Shown here in pieces: positions 11,083 through 23,394 of a stretch of DNA of 64,000 nt; the first letter of the stretch is position 1; each line of letters begins with the position of its first letter. Both the position numbers and the translations under genes were made by a program. Source of the stretch: Lepidodermella squamata (Eukaryota > Animalia > Gastrotricha); NCBI GenBank assembly GCA_047495785.1, contig JBLDXI010000007.1:2294001-2358000 (forward strand), in the 5' to 3' direction. The notes under the pieces are model-generated. The model did not search any database and was not told the origin of the DNA. It saw only the letters and a list, made by a program, of their open reading frames with translations.

Positions 11083-13623
11083 TCATTTGTCTGCTATCTC
11101 GATAGAAAGCCTGTCATCAGAAATTTGAGCTTCGTTTTCAACTTCAGCCTTTGACACTCGAGAAGCTTTAGAGGCTCGCGATTTTCGCGATTGAGCGCCA
11201 TTCGCATAAGTGATCGTCACCGTCGGCGCATGCGAACTGCGTCTGCTGCGCCGCCTGGCTTCCGTCGCGCGAGTTCGCCGCGATGTCAGCCGATTCAGCG
11301 TCAAATGAAACCGAGCGAATACAACACTTGTCAGTGTTGAAATCAACAACAGACCAGCAGATAAAATAATCCCACAGACAACAATATCCTGAACTGCCAG
11401 TGAAATCAACGATCCAACAACGATAACAGCTAAGTTTTGAATCGCTGAAGTTTTGACGAATTGCTCGATTGTCATAAAGACAAAAACTTGCATCGTCCGC
11501 CATTTAACAGCCATGAGTAGGGTGGCTAATAGCTGAGCGACTTGAAGGAAACCGAATGTTAGCAACCAATGGAGTAAATACCGCCCGGAACATGACCAAG
11601 TTTTCGTGTCATGCCACGTGTCCGAATCTAGGTCATAATGTGACAAGGTCTGCGTGACCAATTGAAACTTCGGCCTATCATGAATCATCCAAGCAATCGC
11701 TACAGCAACGTTGGCGGTTATAAAAAATATACTCCCGACCAAATTGAGCGGGCTAGTCGCTGGGGCGAGAGGTCGGTGAGCCAACGAACTCCGCCTGCGA
11801 TCCCTCAGGTAAGCTTCAGTGGGTTGCGTTGGAACCTCCGGGATAAACCTCAGACTACCAACTAGATTACTTGTGTTCACCCTACGAAACCGGCCACCCT
11901 CAGGTAAAGGCCAGGAAATGTAGGCAAAAAGAGCCCCTGTAATGAATAGCAGTCCTAATACTCCTATGAAAGTAGTCATAGCACATAGAGTATTCATCGC
12001 AAGACCAGGGAAAGCTGTCAGCCCAAGCGTGGTTCCAGCAAAATTACCGAAAAAACACCCGAGTAATAACACAATCTCCCGTTGCCAGGCGTGTTTTTCG
12101 ATATGAAACTTGATCAGGACTAAAAGAGCGAAAATCACTTGAAGAATCATTCCAGTAACGCCTAGAGCGACCAACGACGTTCCAGCACTTTTCGGTATCA
12201 TTCTCAACCCGGTTTTGAATAATGGTTTGTCCCTGGGTAGGCGATTGATCAAGCTGTAAACAGAATCGCTAATCGCTTTCATTGCGTAACTTTCGAGATC
12301 TGACACCGATCTTCCATCTTGTAGAACAGCTTTGAATAACGGCTCTAGTTTTTGTTTTGCCGACGACCATTGAGCGACGTACATAGGTTCGTTATCCATT
12401 TCAAGTCTCCAGTAAGAGTATCGATTCCGACCGATTCTTAGACCAGTAAATTTGATGGTTGAAGCGCTTTGCTTAACAGCGTCGATAACCTCGCTTACGT
12501 TATCAGTAGATACATACCTTAGACTCAAATCGTTCTCAGCTAGTATAGCTTCGGCCCTGTCGAGAACCAAAGCGGCTTGAAGCATGTTATCATGGCATAG
12601 ATGCCGCATTGAGTAGTCCGGGTCTGATTTGGCCGACCTGTTGAACCTGGCTTCAAATTGGTCCAAGTCATAACCTAGCGACGTTGCTCCGTTGTCTTCG
12701 ATCGCTGAATTTGTAAAGCCGATCCAAATAGTTGAATCATACTGTTTGGCCAGCTTCTCGCGGCTGCATGGTTCTTGGTCACTCTGCGGCTCCGTGAATG
12801 CGTTAAGCTGGGTAATGAAGGTATACCTAGGTCCTGTCAGCCCCAAGTCGTAGGCCAGGCATAGAAACATGTGCAGCATTCGAACTTGGGAAATGTCGAT
12901 AATGATGACCCTCGAGTCACTGGACTTCAACGAATCGACGACATCTCGAGTAACGTCGCTAACCATGTTGAACCAGGTAACTGTAATACCATTGGATTGC
13001 AGCAGGTTCAAAGTCAGAATTGAGGTCATTCTGTCGTACAAATTGTTAACATTGGCAATCAACGCAACATTGGACCATTTCCCAAAAATTCGGATAAACT
13101 GAATTCTCGGATAGACGATATTTTCACCGGGAACTTGGCCGCGGTATAAATTCGGGAACTGCCCTCGGTTAGCGGTAAAAATCGGAGCTGCACATCCCAG
13201 AGCGACCATCACCGAATCCAGATGACGGGCTAATTGGCCTAATTTCTCGCAACCACTCGAAAGCAATGTGCCGGCTATCACCGGGGATCGATAGATTGTC
13301 GTATTATCGATTGGAGATTTCGGAAAGCCTCGAAGAAATTCGACCGTATTTTGCACTGATTTAGCACCTTGGCTGGTTTCGTCGCGGAATTCGAGGGAGA
13401 TCAAATAATCGGGTAAGATGTCCTGACGCAAATTTATCACATTGGCCACGTCTTGCATGACAGCTTGACATATCCGGGAGTTTCTCGGCTCCGTGCCCGT
13501 GAATGGTAGCAATACCAGGGTAGATAAAACATAGGGCTTCGGAGCAATCTCTGATTCCACATCTGTGAAATGATGGCCTGGTATGCAGGCCAGTATTGTT
13601 ATTGTTATCAATTCTAAATGCAT
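11083..13623 (-). CDS. Intronless class C GPCR, GABA-B-receptor-like (Venus flytrap + 7TM, no cysteine-rich domain)
   Basis: 846-aa ORF with a signal peptide, Venus-flytrap motifs (INLRQDILPDY, FPNLYR, LKSSDSRVIII, LCLAYDLGLTGPRY) and seven hydrophobic segments in the C-terminal half. Confidence 0.85.
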   Translation of the reverse strand: MHLELITITILACIPGHHFTDVESEIAPKPYVLSTLVLLPFTGTEPRNSRICQAVMQDVANVINLRQDILPDYLISLEFRDETSQGAKSVQNTVEFLRGFPKSPIDNTTIYRSPVIAGTLLSSGCEKLGQLARHLDSVMVALGCAAPIFTANRGQFPNLYRGQVPGENIVYPRIQFIRIFGKWSNVALIANVNNLYDRMTSILTLNLLQSNGITVTWFNMVSDVTRDVVDSLKSSDSRVIIIDISQVRMLHMFLCLAYDLGLTGPRYTFITQLNAFTEPQSDQEPCSREKLAKQYDSTIWIGFTNSAIEDNGATSLGYDLDQFEARFNRSAKSDPDYSMRHLCHDNMLQAALVLDRAEAILAENDLSLRYVSTDNVSEVIDAVKQSASTIKFTGLRIGRNRYSYWRLEMDNEPMYVAQWSSAKQKLEPLFKAVLQDGRSVSDLESYAMKAISDSVYSLINRLPRDKPLFKTGLRMIPKSAGTSLVALGVTGMILQVIFALLVLIKFHIEKHAWQREIVLLLGCFFGNFAGTTLGLTAFPGLAMNTLCAMTTFIGVLGLLFITGALFAYISWPLPEGGRFRRVNTSNLVGSLRFIPEVPTQPTEAYLRDRRRSSLAHRPLAPATSPLNLVGSIFFITANVAVAIAWMIHDRPKFQLVTQTLSHYDLDSDTWHDTKTWSCSGRYLLHWLLTFGFLQVAQLLATLLMAVKWRTMQVFVFMTIEQFVKTSAIQNLAVIVVGSLISLAVQDIVVCGIILSAGLLLISTLTSVVFARFHLTLNRLTSRRTRATEARRRSRRSSHAPTVTITYANGAQSRKSRASKASRVSKAEVENEAQISDDRLSIEIADK

Positions 13624-14074
13624 TAGTGTTTCGCTAACCCTTTAGCCCCTTGTTTGGTTTTTTGTGTGCTATGATTTTTTATCATCAGATGAGCCGGATG
13701 TGCATTAGAAAGGCTTTTTCAAGCTTAAGCTTCCGGTAATCAGCTATGCGAGCGTCAAGGCAAGTTCCTCTTCTTCTCTCGGATGTAATAAACACTTGAG
13801 CATAAGGAACAGGATCTGGACATTGCATTTTATTTCGGGTTCATACCGCTTAGTTACGCTCGCCAGCGCTCAAAATAAAATAATGACCTATTATCATTTG
13901 ACACTAACACAATAATTTAGCTACGCACACTCCCACAACTTGCAATATTGACAAATAAAAATGGGGCTTTTTGCCACGCACAACTGCTTACATGCAAAGC
14001 ATTGAAGCGGAAAAGACTAAAATAATCAGAAAATTTGTTGACTATTGCAGATTATAAGTATATGCGGTTTTCAC

Positions 14075-14374
14075 TTATCGTCGGCCCATGTTCATGATAA
14101 GCATGTCCATCATTCGGTCGCTGAACTGGCCTCCATCTTGGCCGCCAGAGTTCTGCTGCCGTTGTGGGTAGCCGGCAAAGTAATCGTCGTTGTAATAATC
14201 CGACGCAGACCTTACAACCCTCTGGAAATTTTATTAAAAAATAATTTATTCGGCTCATCTGACAACTCATCATACCTCAGCGGCTGGGTGAGAGCTGCAA
14301 AGTTGCAAGAGACAGCTTAATATGAAAATAGCTCCAAGGAAGAGCGCGCAGATGTTGCTTGTGAAACAGCTCAT
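14075..14374 (-). CDS. Putative amidated neuropeptide/hormone precursor, 81 aa, 2 exons (14374-14276, 14221-14075)
   Basis: Manual translation: MSCFTSNICALFLGAIFILSCLLQLCSSHPAAE|RVVR-SASDYYNDDYFAGYPQRQQNSGGQDGGQFSDRMMDMLIMNM-GRR*. It has a signal peptide, an RxxR site, a terminal Gly-Arg-Arg and a canonical gtatga...ttccag intron. Confidence 0.8.
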
Positions 14375-16297
14375 TTTAAGTGTTAAAAATCTGAAGCAAA
14401 AAGTCAAGCGTTTATTTCAAAATGTTTAACTTTTTCCTGAATTTTGAAAAGAGTGAGGGAGGTGATGAATCAAAACAAAGCGACGTTCGATAACAACACA
14501 CTTCCGGATTAAGTGTTTGAAAACAACTGAAAAGCAGTGACAACGGATGGAGATGGCTCAAGATGAGAGGCGGCTATTAGCGCAGAAAGTGGTAACGCAA
14601 TATCAGATTACAACATGCTGCACTGATGTCTGTTGCTTCATGTCGGAAAATTAAATATTTTGTCAAAAATTGCCGTCTCACTACTACGTTTCTCGAAGTG
14701 TTTGCGGAGTAAGGTTGAATGAGTCAGCGAGAAAGCCGATATTCAATTTGGCCTAATGCGATCACGAGCCTGCGATTCCTAGAATTGCGAATTCCATTAC
14801 TGTCTAAAAGCTATAATAAGGAATGTGACTTATGCATGATCTATTCCATGTTAATGAAAGAATGAAAGCAAGTTGAGGGGGATTCTCAAAATACGACACG
14901 TACTTTTTGAAATAAAACCTCTTGTCATCCCCTTAGGAATAATTGTACAAAATCGAAAGGCTACGATGTAGGTCATTCAACCATTTTACTATAACGAAGA
15001 CGATAATCATAAGAGCTTGATTAACATCCATAAATCGATCGCCAAGACGCATCACATCTAGGGATTAGATGACGGAAAGATCAGCGGTCCATCTTTACTT
15101 TGGTACGTTTCATCAGTGATGTTGTTCATTAAACGTGAAACCTTGGTAGGTACTTGGGACAAAGCGGCAGAAGTAGGCATCGGATTCATCGAGATTAAAG
15201 AGTGAGATTATTATAGATTAAAGAGTGAGGATGAACCTAGAATATTGGATGCAAGAATTTTAGGACATGAACATGAGAGTAGAAAGTAGAGCAGGCTCTG
15301 AGCTCAGGGTATCTACCCTGTAAATTAGGAAAGTTCCGGGGTATTATTGAGTGGCAGTCTCAATTTGATCATCAGCCTATTGTTTTGCACTGATTCGACC
15401 ACTTCGCGTGCCCACTCCGAAAAACATATGGCTCACAATTTGAAGTGAGCGCAAACTTTATTTTTTATTGACCACTCGCACTGAGCATAAAAAATCACAG
15501 CGCGAAAAATCACACAGATGTCACTTTTATGTGACTATAATACTTAATGTGGGCAGTAGAATCTCCGCAGGAAACACTGAAGTGGGTGCAGTAAACAAAG
15601 TGAAATTAACGATAAAAGTGAGACTGATCAGGTGGGCGTAAAGAGTTGTTGTCGAAGGAAAAATCGATACCCTCGGACGATTCCATCATGGTGAGATAAC
15701 TTATTCTGCACTGATTGCAATGCCATTATGCTATGTCCCCAATCGAAATACATATCACAGTGCAATGCAATGCAAATGCCATAGATACTTTCGGAGAACA
15801 ATTCCATCGGCAAAAATCGAGGGGTTAGAGCTATAAAACAACGAATCCATATATATACATTAGTCAAAGTTCGCTTTTCCTTCCCAAGAGACTACAAAAA
15901 ACATCGACTGGGGTCGACGCTATATAATGATTCATTGTTTATCAAACTTTTCTGCGACAGAATTGAAAGAAAGTGGAAAACCCGCATCTCATTATTCCAC
16001 TACGTTGCATTTTTCGCAAAGATATAAAGATATGACTGGTTGCTTGTTGAATAAAACGAAGCCAGGCTAAAAAACGAACTTTCGAGTGCAGGAGCATCAC
16101 TTTTCGCCGACCTTACACTGAGTTATGTGAAGGATAATTGCGCAAAACAATAGACTTAAATTAACAGTTCCAAAGCTGAAGACGCCCTGTATCTCTCTTC
16201 ACAATTCAATCTGCAGTTTATTCTCTTAAAAGATCTGTAATGATAAATGACAGTGGGAGCTAATAAAGCCCAAGGAAGTTGAACAATTTATTTTAAT

Positions 16298-18013
16298 TTA
16301 TAGCTCGATCATTCCACGAATCCATGGTATAACGCTGCAGACTCGCCTAGGAGAAGAGAAATAATTACAATTCACTAAGTTGACAAGCTTGGTATAAGAT
16401 TACCCGTAGATGCTGGGGATATTCTCCACTCCACATGCTTGGCTTGGACTTGAGGAAGTAACCCCAGTTAGGTAATACCGATCGTCCTTCAAGCACATCG
16501 CAGGTCCGCCTGAATCGCCAACACAAGTGTCCTTGCCTGGCTCCCCACCAGCACAGAATTCAAACTCGGTCAAATCCGACGCCACCTTTTTGCACTGGTC
16601 AAAAGACCAAACCGTCAAATTCACGTGACGAAGCTCATTCGGGAAAAGATTCGACATTTCAGTGATGCCCCAACCAGCTGCGATGACTTGGTCGCAACCA
16701 TCGATCAACTTAGCGCTGGCAGAGTACTGCAGATCGTCGCAAATTCGGCTGGGGTTATCCGGCAAACAAACTGGTTGAATTTCCCGACTTAGCGGTACTG
16801 AGCTGTTTAGTTCAACTAGTGCGAAATTGTAACGAAACGGTTGCGATTCGTCGTATCGTGGATGAACAACAATCGACTTGTACGTAGTTTCAAAGGGCTT
16901 GAAACCAGTCGATCTCGTACCAGGGTTTGGATTGCGGCGGTAATTCGAACCGAAATGAATCGCTGCTTTGAGGATATTTCTTCCGACAAGACGATTCGCG
17001 GTGGTCAAAACCCACTTCGGGGCGATTAATGTTCCGCCGAACATTGCAGTTCGGGTAACATCGTCGGCGTAGATTACCTCGAAACGGGCCATCCAAGGGT
17101 AACTTGCCGGGGAGCCGCCGTATATTTTGTAGCGGACACCCTGCCGCTGGCCATTTCCGTTTGCAAGTTCACGTTGGCCACACTCATAACTGACATCAGA
17201 CTGTGTCGTAGTTCTGCTTGGAGCAGGAGTAGCTATGAGTATATTCAAAATGATGCGATAATGAAATCGGTATTCAAATGTACCTGGGGCTCTGCTTGGT
17301 GGCGGTGGTTGTGTCTGAGCGGATTCCGTGCTGGAAACACAGCGACCGAGAATTGTTGACCATTGCCCACTCGATGTGCAAACGCTTGTCCGCGTTCCAC
17401 CAGCCAAGCGATAACCCGAGTCACAAATCAGAGCTACCATGGCTCCTTGGGGGACTACTGAAATCTCCTGAGCTCCAGGTGCCACCCCGTATGTCGAGAC
17501 ACGGCCATTCGTAATCGCTGGTACATTGCAAGACCTAACTCCTGTAGCAGCCTGTTTACAGACGGATCAAAATTAAGTTCTGATAATTCGTGAGGTTAGG
17601 AAGCTTGTTAAGGTGTTAGCTTTGCAGATTTACCGTTGTCGTTTGTGCAACACTAGTGGCCCCGCCAGGTGCCATACAGGTGCCTAAGGTGTTTGACCAA
17701 GCACCAGGCGGGTTGCATATTGCAGCCCTAGGGCCGTTAGCCACGGCATAGCCACGAGGACAAGTCAGGATGATTTGGCCATTAACAGCTATCTGACTAG
17801 GTGCCGATATGGTGTCACCGCCGCTAATCAGCCGAATCTCACCTGTGGCCACAACAGGCGTGTTACAAACCCGTGCTATCTAACACATCATCGTGCATCA
17901 ATCTTCACTCAATAAGGCTCGATGGGAAATCTTCACGAGCGGAATTGGCTTACATTTGTCTGTGCAGTGATCGATTGCAAAATTACAGTTAGGAAAATAA
18001 AACTGTTCATCAT
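16298..18013 (-). CDS. Secreted sushi(CCP)-sushi-trypsin-like serine protease homologue, probably inactive
   Basis: Signal exon MMNSFIFLTVILQSITAQTN, two CCP modules (C..GY...G....C...G.WS...G.C), activation motif K-IYGG and GDSGGP. The catalytic His site reads TTANR and the Asp site reads YNFALV. The last exon encodes GRVCSVIPWIRGMIEL*. Confidence 0.85.
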
Positions 18014-19029
18014 TTTTTACGACTAATTTTTCATAAAATTTGAATTTTAATGTTTTCTAAAGTAGTTGCTATTGAGATCTCGTAGATTTGTTGAGTAATG
18101 AAAGCGCACCTAGCTCTTATCAAAAAACATGATGAATTCTTCAACACAGCTATTGTTTACGAGCCGGCCCCCGCCCTCACGCTTTCACGAGTATATCAAT
18201 GAGTGGCTTCACATTCCAGCAACAAACAAGAACAAAAAGATGACCGGTTGTCAAATGCAGTAATGTTTTCATTATTCAGCATTTATCCAAAATTTCATGG
18301 TTGATTGATTCCCAACGACTGGGAAAACATGAAATTTTCCTAAAAACATAAAATTTCACTATCAGCAGTAATATGTTGCCATGAGTATTGACATCTCGAG
18401 TGAGTAATGAAGTGGTACTTGAACAATGAAATTGGGTAAGATGACAAATAATCAGGTTAAAATTTGCAGCAATGGATTTTCAACTATAAGTTTGCCACCA
18501 TTTTTGAACGGAAATTAATCTTATTCTTTGAATGGAGCCAACTGATAGAATCTTCCATCCTTTATCCACGATTTTACCGAAAAATCCTGATTAGCACTGG
18601 TACCTGGTTCGGTTATTTTCGGTTTTTACCTGGTTGGATCAAATTTCTTCGGATTTTAAATCCAATTCACAAGAGGCAAGAGAATTGAGTGCTATTCTAA
18701 AGGCGTTTATTCGACGATTTTTCTGGCCATGAGATATGACTTTGCCTCTCATCGAAGAGTTCCTGGTCACTTTTCCCCGCATTTTCTTTGTTCGCGTTAC
18801 TTATGGAACACGCTGGACAAAGTCAGAAACATGGTAGAGGACTCATCCGTGTCATATGAAATATGAGCCCTTCGGTTTTCCGCTCCTTTAATCAGCAAAA
18901 AAATAAGTTGAAACGTCAGGATTCAAAGGTTTGCTTATCGGTTTCAAAGAATGCCTTAATAGCCCGCAAGCATCCGCTGAATCATAACGAACAAATAATT
19001 TATCTGTCGAGGACGTACGACGTTGCTAA

Positions 19030-20164
19030 AGGTGGATTCACTAATGTGCGACAGGTACGACAAGTGTCGTACCGTCGCATGCGACTGTCGCAGCTCTGTC
19101 GCATCAAATCCGCGGACGACAGCCGAGGGATAGTCACAGTCGTATGCGCACAAAACAATGACACGCGCGGGCGCTGAGACAGTGTCGCGCGCGGCTGATT
19201 TTTATATGAAAGGAAACCAAATTTGCAAAAAACTTGTCCAACTAAGTTTTTAACCAGAAAAATCGTTATTTTCGACATCAGTTACCCCATTTCCGCGTAT
19301 TTTCATCGAAATTTGATAATTTTAATTATTTTCACCTAGCACGGCACCACCTCGCGGATTATTGAGGGCGCTAACGACTTTTTTATTTAAATTTACTAAG
19401 GAAGAAATTCGTAGTCATTTGATAGAGAATTGTTTCAGTTTTAATTTGGTAAAAAAGCCGCTATTGTTTTCGAAATTAGATTTTTGACATTTTAGTGCGC
19501 GGGGCCACCGTTTTGTTAAAAATTTTGATGTGGTGTTTCGCGCCTTAGAGTAATAGTGCGTTGTCTATTCCTCCAGGTTTCGCGCACAAGTCCACTGTTA
19601 TACTTCGATTGCGCGCTTGAAGTGGACCGAACTAGGACGTTGTTTTACCTGCTGTCGGACGATTCTAAGCTGTCGTGTCGCACACGCGAAATTCCACCAA
19701 AATCGCGCGTGCGATGCGACAGGCCAGGTCCATGCGACAAAATCCTTTGTTTGAGTGCGCGCGCCCTAGTCGAATCTTGTCGCACGTGCACATTGTTCTC
19801 TGACTAGCGTTTATGAACACTCGGCGTGACTGTCGTACGAAACGCTGATGCGACGGTACGACGCGCGACAACGTCGGATAGTATATCGTTAGCGACGTTG
19901 AATAACTCGGATTTAGGCTTGTTTATATCCGGTTGAAGGGCCCGGGTGACAAGTAAAAAGCGGCTTTTCAACATGAATGAAGAGGCAAAAACGAAGACTT
20001 TTTACTTGTCACCTATCACCTTGAAATGGAAGTAAACAAGCCTAAATCCGAGTTATTCAACGTCGCTAACGATATGAACAACGATGCGATTTTCGCACCC
20101 GACAGTGCGACGGTCGAATGCGAAATATTCGTATCCGAAAATTCGCACATTAGTGAATCCACCT
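19030..20164. mobile_element. PIF/Harbinger-type MITE
   Basis: Perfect 22-bp TIR AGGTGGATTCACTAATGTGCGA with a TAA target duplication at 19027-19029 and 20165-20167; many internal TGCGAC/GTCGCA motifs. Confidence 0.9.
19886..20072. mobile_element. Small TA-flanked MITE nested inside the Harbinger MITE
   Basis: About 40-bp perfect TIR TCGTTAGCGACGTTGAATAACTCGGATTTAGGCTTGTTTA, with TA on both sides. Confidence 0.85.
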
Positions 20165-20388
20165 TAAGTTGTCGATTTTGTATCACAGCTTCAACGGTGT
20201 TTCGTGAGGAAATTGCTCTACAAACAAACTCTTGGCATTTGCAGCAGAAAAGTGTATGAACTGTATAATAATTAGGCACTTGAGTGCGAAATTGAGGTTG
20301 AATATTCAGTGAATAATTCAGAAAAAACCTTGAGTTCATATTTTTTATTTTTAAAATATTCGCTCCCTTTAATATTCTAATAATCAGT

Positions 20389-20893
20389 CATTATAGGGCG
20401 ACTTTGCAGTCACATGACTAAGGTCAAAGTCCGTCTATTTTTTTCTGGTCTTGGTCGCGCGGTCGCGCAGTCGTTGTGGTCGGGCGGTCGTGTAAAAAAA
20501 TGCTCACTTAAAAATGAGAGAAAAAAACGATGCACCACCAGGAGTCGAACTAAGGATGTTGGAATAAAAAGCCATGTTTTTAATCCACTACGCCACCAAT
20601 TCATGGAAATTAAGAGTTACTATCAGTGGATCCGATTGGCAACAATATGGGTGTAAATATTTTCGCGGCCGATTTCTTCAACTGGTGGCGTAGTGGATCA
20701 AAAACATGGCTTTTTATTCCAACATCCTTAGTTCGACTCCTGGTGGTGCATCGTTTTTTTTCTCTCATTTTTAAGTGAGCATTTTTTTACACGACCGCCC
20801 GACCACAACGACTGCGCGACCGCGCGACCAAGACCAGAAAAAAATAGACGGACTTTGACCTTAGTCATGTGACTGCAAAGTCACCCTATAATG
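20389..20893. mobile_element. Foldback/palindromic element with about 210-bp near-perfect inverted arms
   Basis: 20389-20598 (CATTATAGGGCGACTTTGCAGTCACATGACTAAGG...) is the near-exact reverse complement of 20683-20893. A solo terminus also occurs at about 23970-23998. Confidence 0.9.
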
Positions 20894-21667
20894 GTACAAG
20901 GCAGGGAGTGACCGTTTTTCATAAGTTCCTGCGTTAAATCCTTTTCGTGCAACAATTCTTGAGAAAACTTAAATACCAGGAAATTAGCGAATTCAATCCT
21001 AATTGTTATGGGCGACAAAGATTTTCGTTATCAAATCATGCATTGAACCCAGCCACGTAATTTGTGCTCAGATGCACGTGCATATTTCAGCAATGACTAG
21101 CTGCCACCTTGATATAATATAATACCATTTAACATCCATATCAATACCATCCTAAATACTCGGCTAGTTGCGTACCACCCGCTCTTTTTATGGCCCACGC
21201 TCTTGAAAAAAATGCGCCGCGCCGCGTATTTTACGCGCGTGATGAATCAATAGCTTCGGGCATTCATATACCATCATCACCGGTGCCAGCGGTATCATAC
21301 ACCATCTCAAGCCTCGTGTTGACAGGGTGCCGGAACATATAAAAAAAACATCTACGACTACAAAACCGCGCGCGCGAGCAGGGCATTAGGTGCGAAAAGT
21401 TGTAATACAAATTGGCCAGCGGCCATGGTGAGAGATTACAAAAAATCTAGATGCCCCACCACGTCCACCTTATTAATTATTTATCTTTATAATTTACTAC
21501 CGCTGCTTAGTTTTTTCTCAGTCGTACGAGTCAGTAGACACAGCTGTACCGAAGAATTTGCGATATCTAATTTTTCTTATCTCCATGAGTAATACGCTAA
21601 CACCCACGATTTTTGTGTACCTAACTTGTATGTACCTACCTAATAAAATTGAATTGTTCACACCGAT

Positions 21668-23394
21668 ATGCTACGCCAGACTGCGGCTAATTTTATGACA
21701 GCTGCAAAAAACGGCGATTTACCAGCGTTACGGTTGTGCCTAGAAAAAGCTGCCGGTCAAGTTGATATTGGTGATGAGGAATCCTACGGCAAAACTGCTC
21801 TTATGTGGGCAGCGGCTAATGGTCATCGAGATGCTGTTGATTTGCTACTTCAGAAGGGAGCGAATATAAATGCGACCAGCAAATACGGCTGGACGGCGCT
21901 GATGTTCGCGGCGGAGAATGGTCGGTTGAATGTCGCCAAGCTTTTAATCGATCGCGGGGTAGATGTGAACGCGGCGAATGATTTCGGTTCCACAGCTTTG
22001 ATTCTCGCTGCATCTAATGGCCATTCAGATCTTATAAGATTGCTTATCAAAAGCCGAGCTAATCTCAGCTCTGGGAACAACTGTGGGAGAAACGCTCTCC
22101 ATTTTGCCGCCGAAAATTCTTTCTTCGAGGTGGCTGAGATTCTGGTGAGAAGCGATTACTCCCTAGTGAACCAAGCAGATTTCGACGGCTTTAGTCCTCT
22201 GGCGATAGTGGCGGAGAAAGGAAATTCGGAACTTGTCGAGCTTTTTCTAAAGAATGGCGCGGATCCTACGAAGCTTAGCAATTTCGGCTCCGTGCTCCAT
22301 CTCTCCGCGAAAAATGGGCATTCCAAAGTGATACAGTTGCTTCTGAAGTACAGGATTGATGTTGATGCGAGAAATCATGATGGCAACACGCCGCTGATGT
22401 TGGCGAGTGAAAATGGACATCTAGATGTTGTGAGGCAGCTGCTCATATCGGGGTCGAACGTTCATGTCAAGAATAATCATGGTCAATCTGCAATCCTACT
22501 GGCTACATGCCAAAATCGCGGTAAGGTTTCCCAGTTTCTATAGAAGTCCCTAAAATCGATGAATAAATGCTGTTCTCTGTTAAGCCTAAGAAAGCTTTGT
22601 TAACCTAATATCATTAGTCTTGCTGAAATTTTTAATGGACTATCCATTTCAAAAAAGCTTTTCCGTTTACAGGTCAGGTAGTTTTGGAACTTCTGACTCA
22701 AGGGGCAAATGTTAACGATGTTGACACTGCTGGAGTATCGAGTCTGATGTTTTCAGCTAGGAACGGCAACCGAACCTTAACGAGTCTCCTGCTACAACAC
22801 GGCGCTTTGGTGAATCAAAGCAATTCATGTCAATGGACGCCTTTACATTTCGCCGCGAAGTCTGGTCATCGGGAAATCGCATCTATATTATTAGAAAATG
22901 GCGCCGATGTAAACGCTAGGGACGCTAACGCAATGACGCCTTTGCTTCGAGCAGTTGGATCTGGGAATCTCTCAGTTGTGGAACTCCTTCTGAATCACGG
23001 AGCTGCCATCACAGCTTCGAACTCAAGCGAATGGTCGGCGATTGCTTACGCAGCGTATCGGGGGCAATTCGAAATTGCAGAAATTTTGATCAAAAAAGGG
23101 GCTGATGTTAATTCTGGCGCTGCGATTATTTTGGCTGCCGATCAAGGTTATCGAGATATTGTAGCCCTACTTATCACCAATGGCGCTGACGTGAATATTC
23201 GTAACCGAATGGGCCATTCCGCTATGATATGCGCAGCCGAGCGGGGATTTGTTGATGTGGTTGAGTTGCTGCTTCGAAGTGGGGCAGACGCCAATTTAAA
23301 GCAGTTGAATGGTGAAACTGCGTTCTCCTTGGCTTTGAAAATGGGCCATTCGTCCGTATTGGCTACGCTGCGATCCAAATCGATTCAGAACTAA
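21668..23394 (+). CDS. Ankyrin-repeat-only protein, 2 exons (intron 22521-22672)
   Basis: About 15 G.TAL..AA..G....V..LL..GA.VN repeats; the GT-AG intron joins the two ORFs in frame. Confidence 0.9.
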
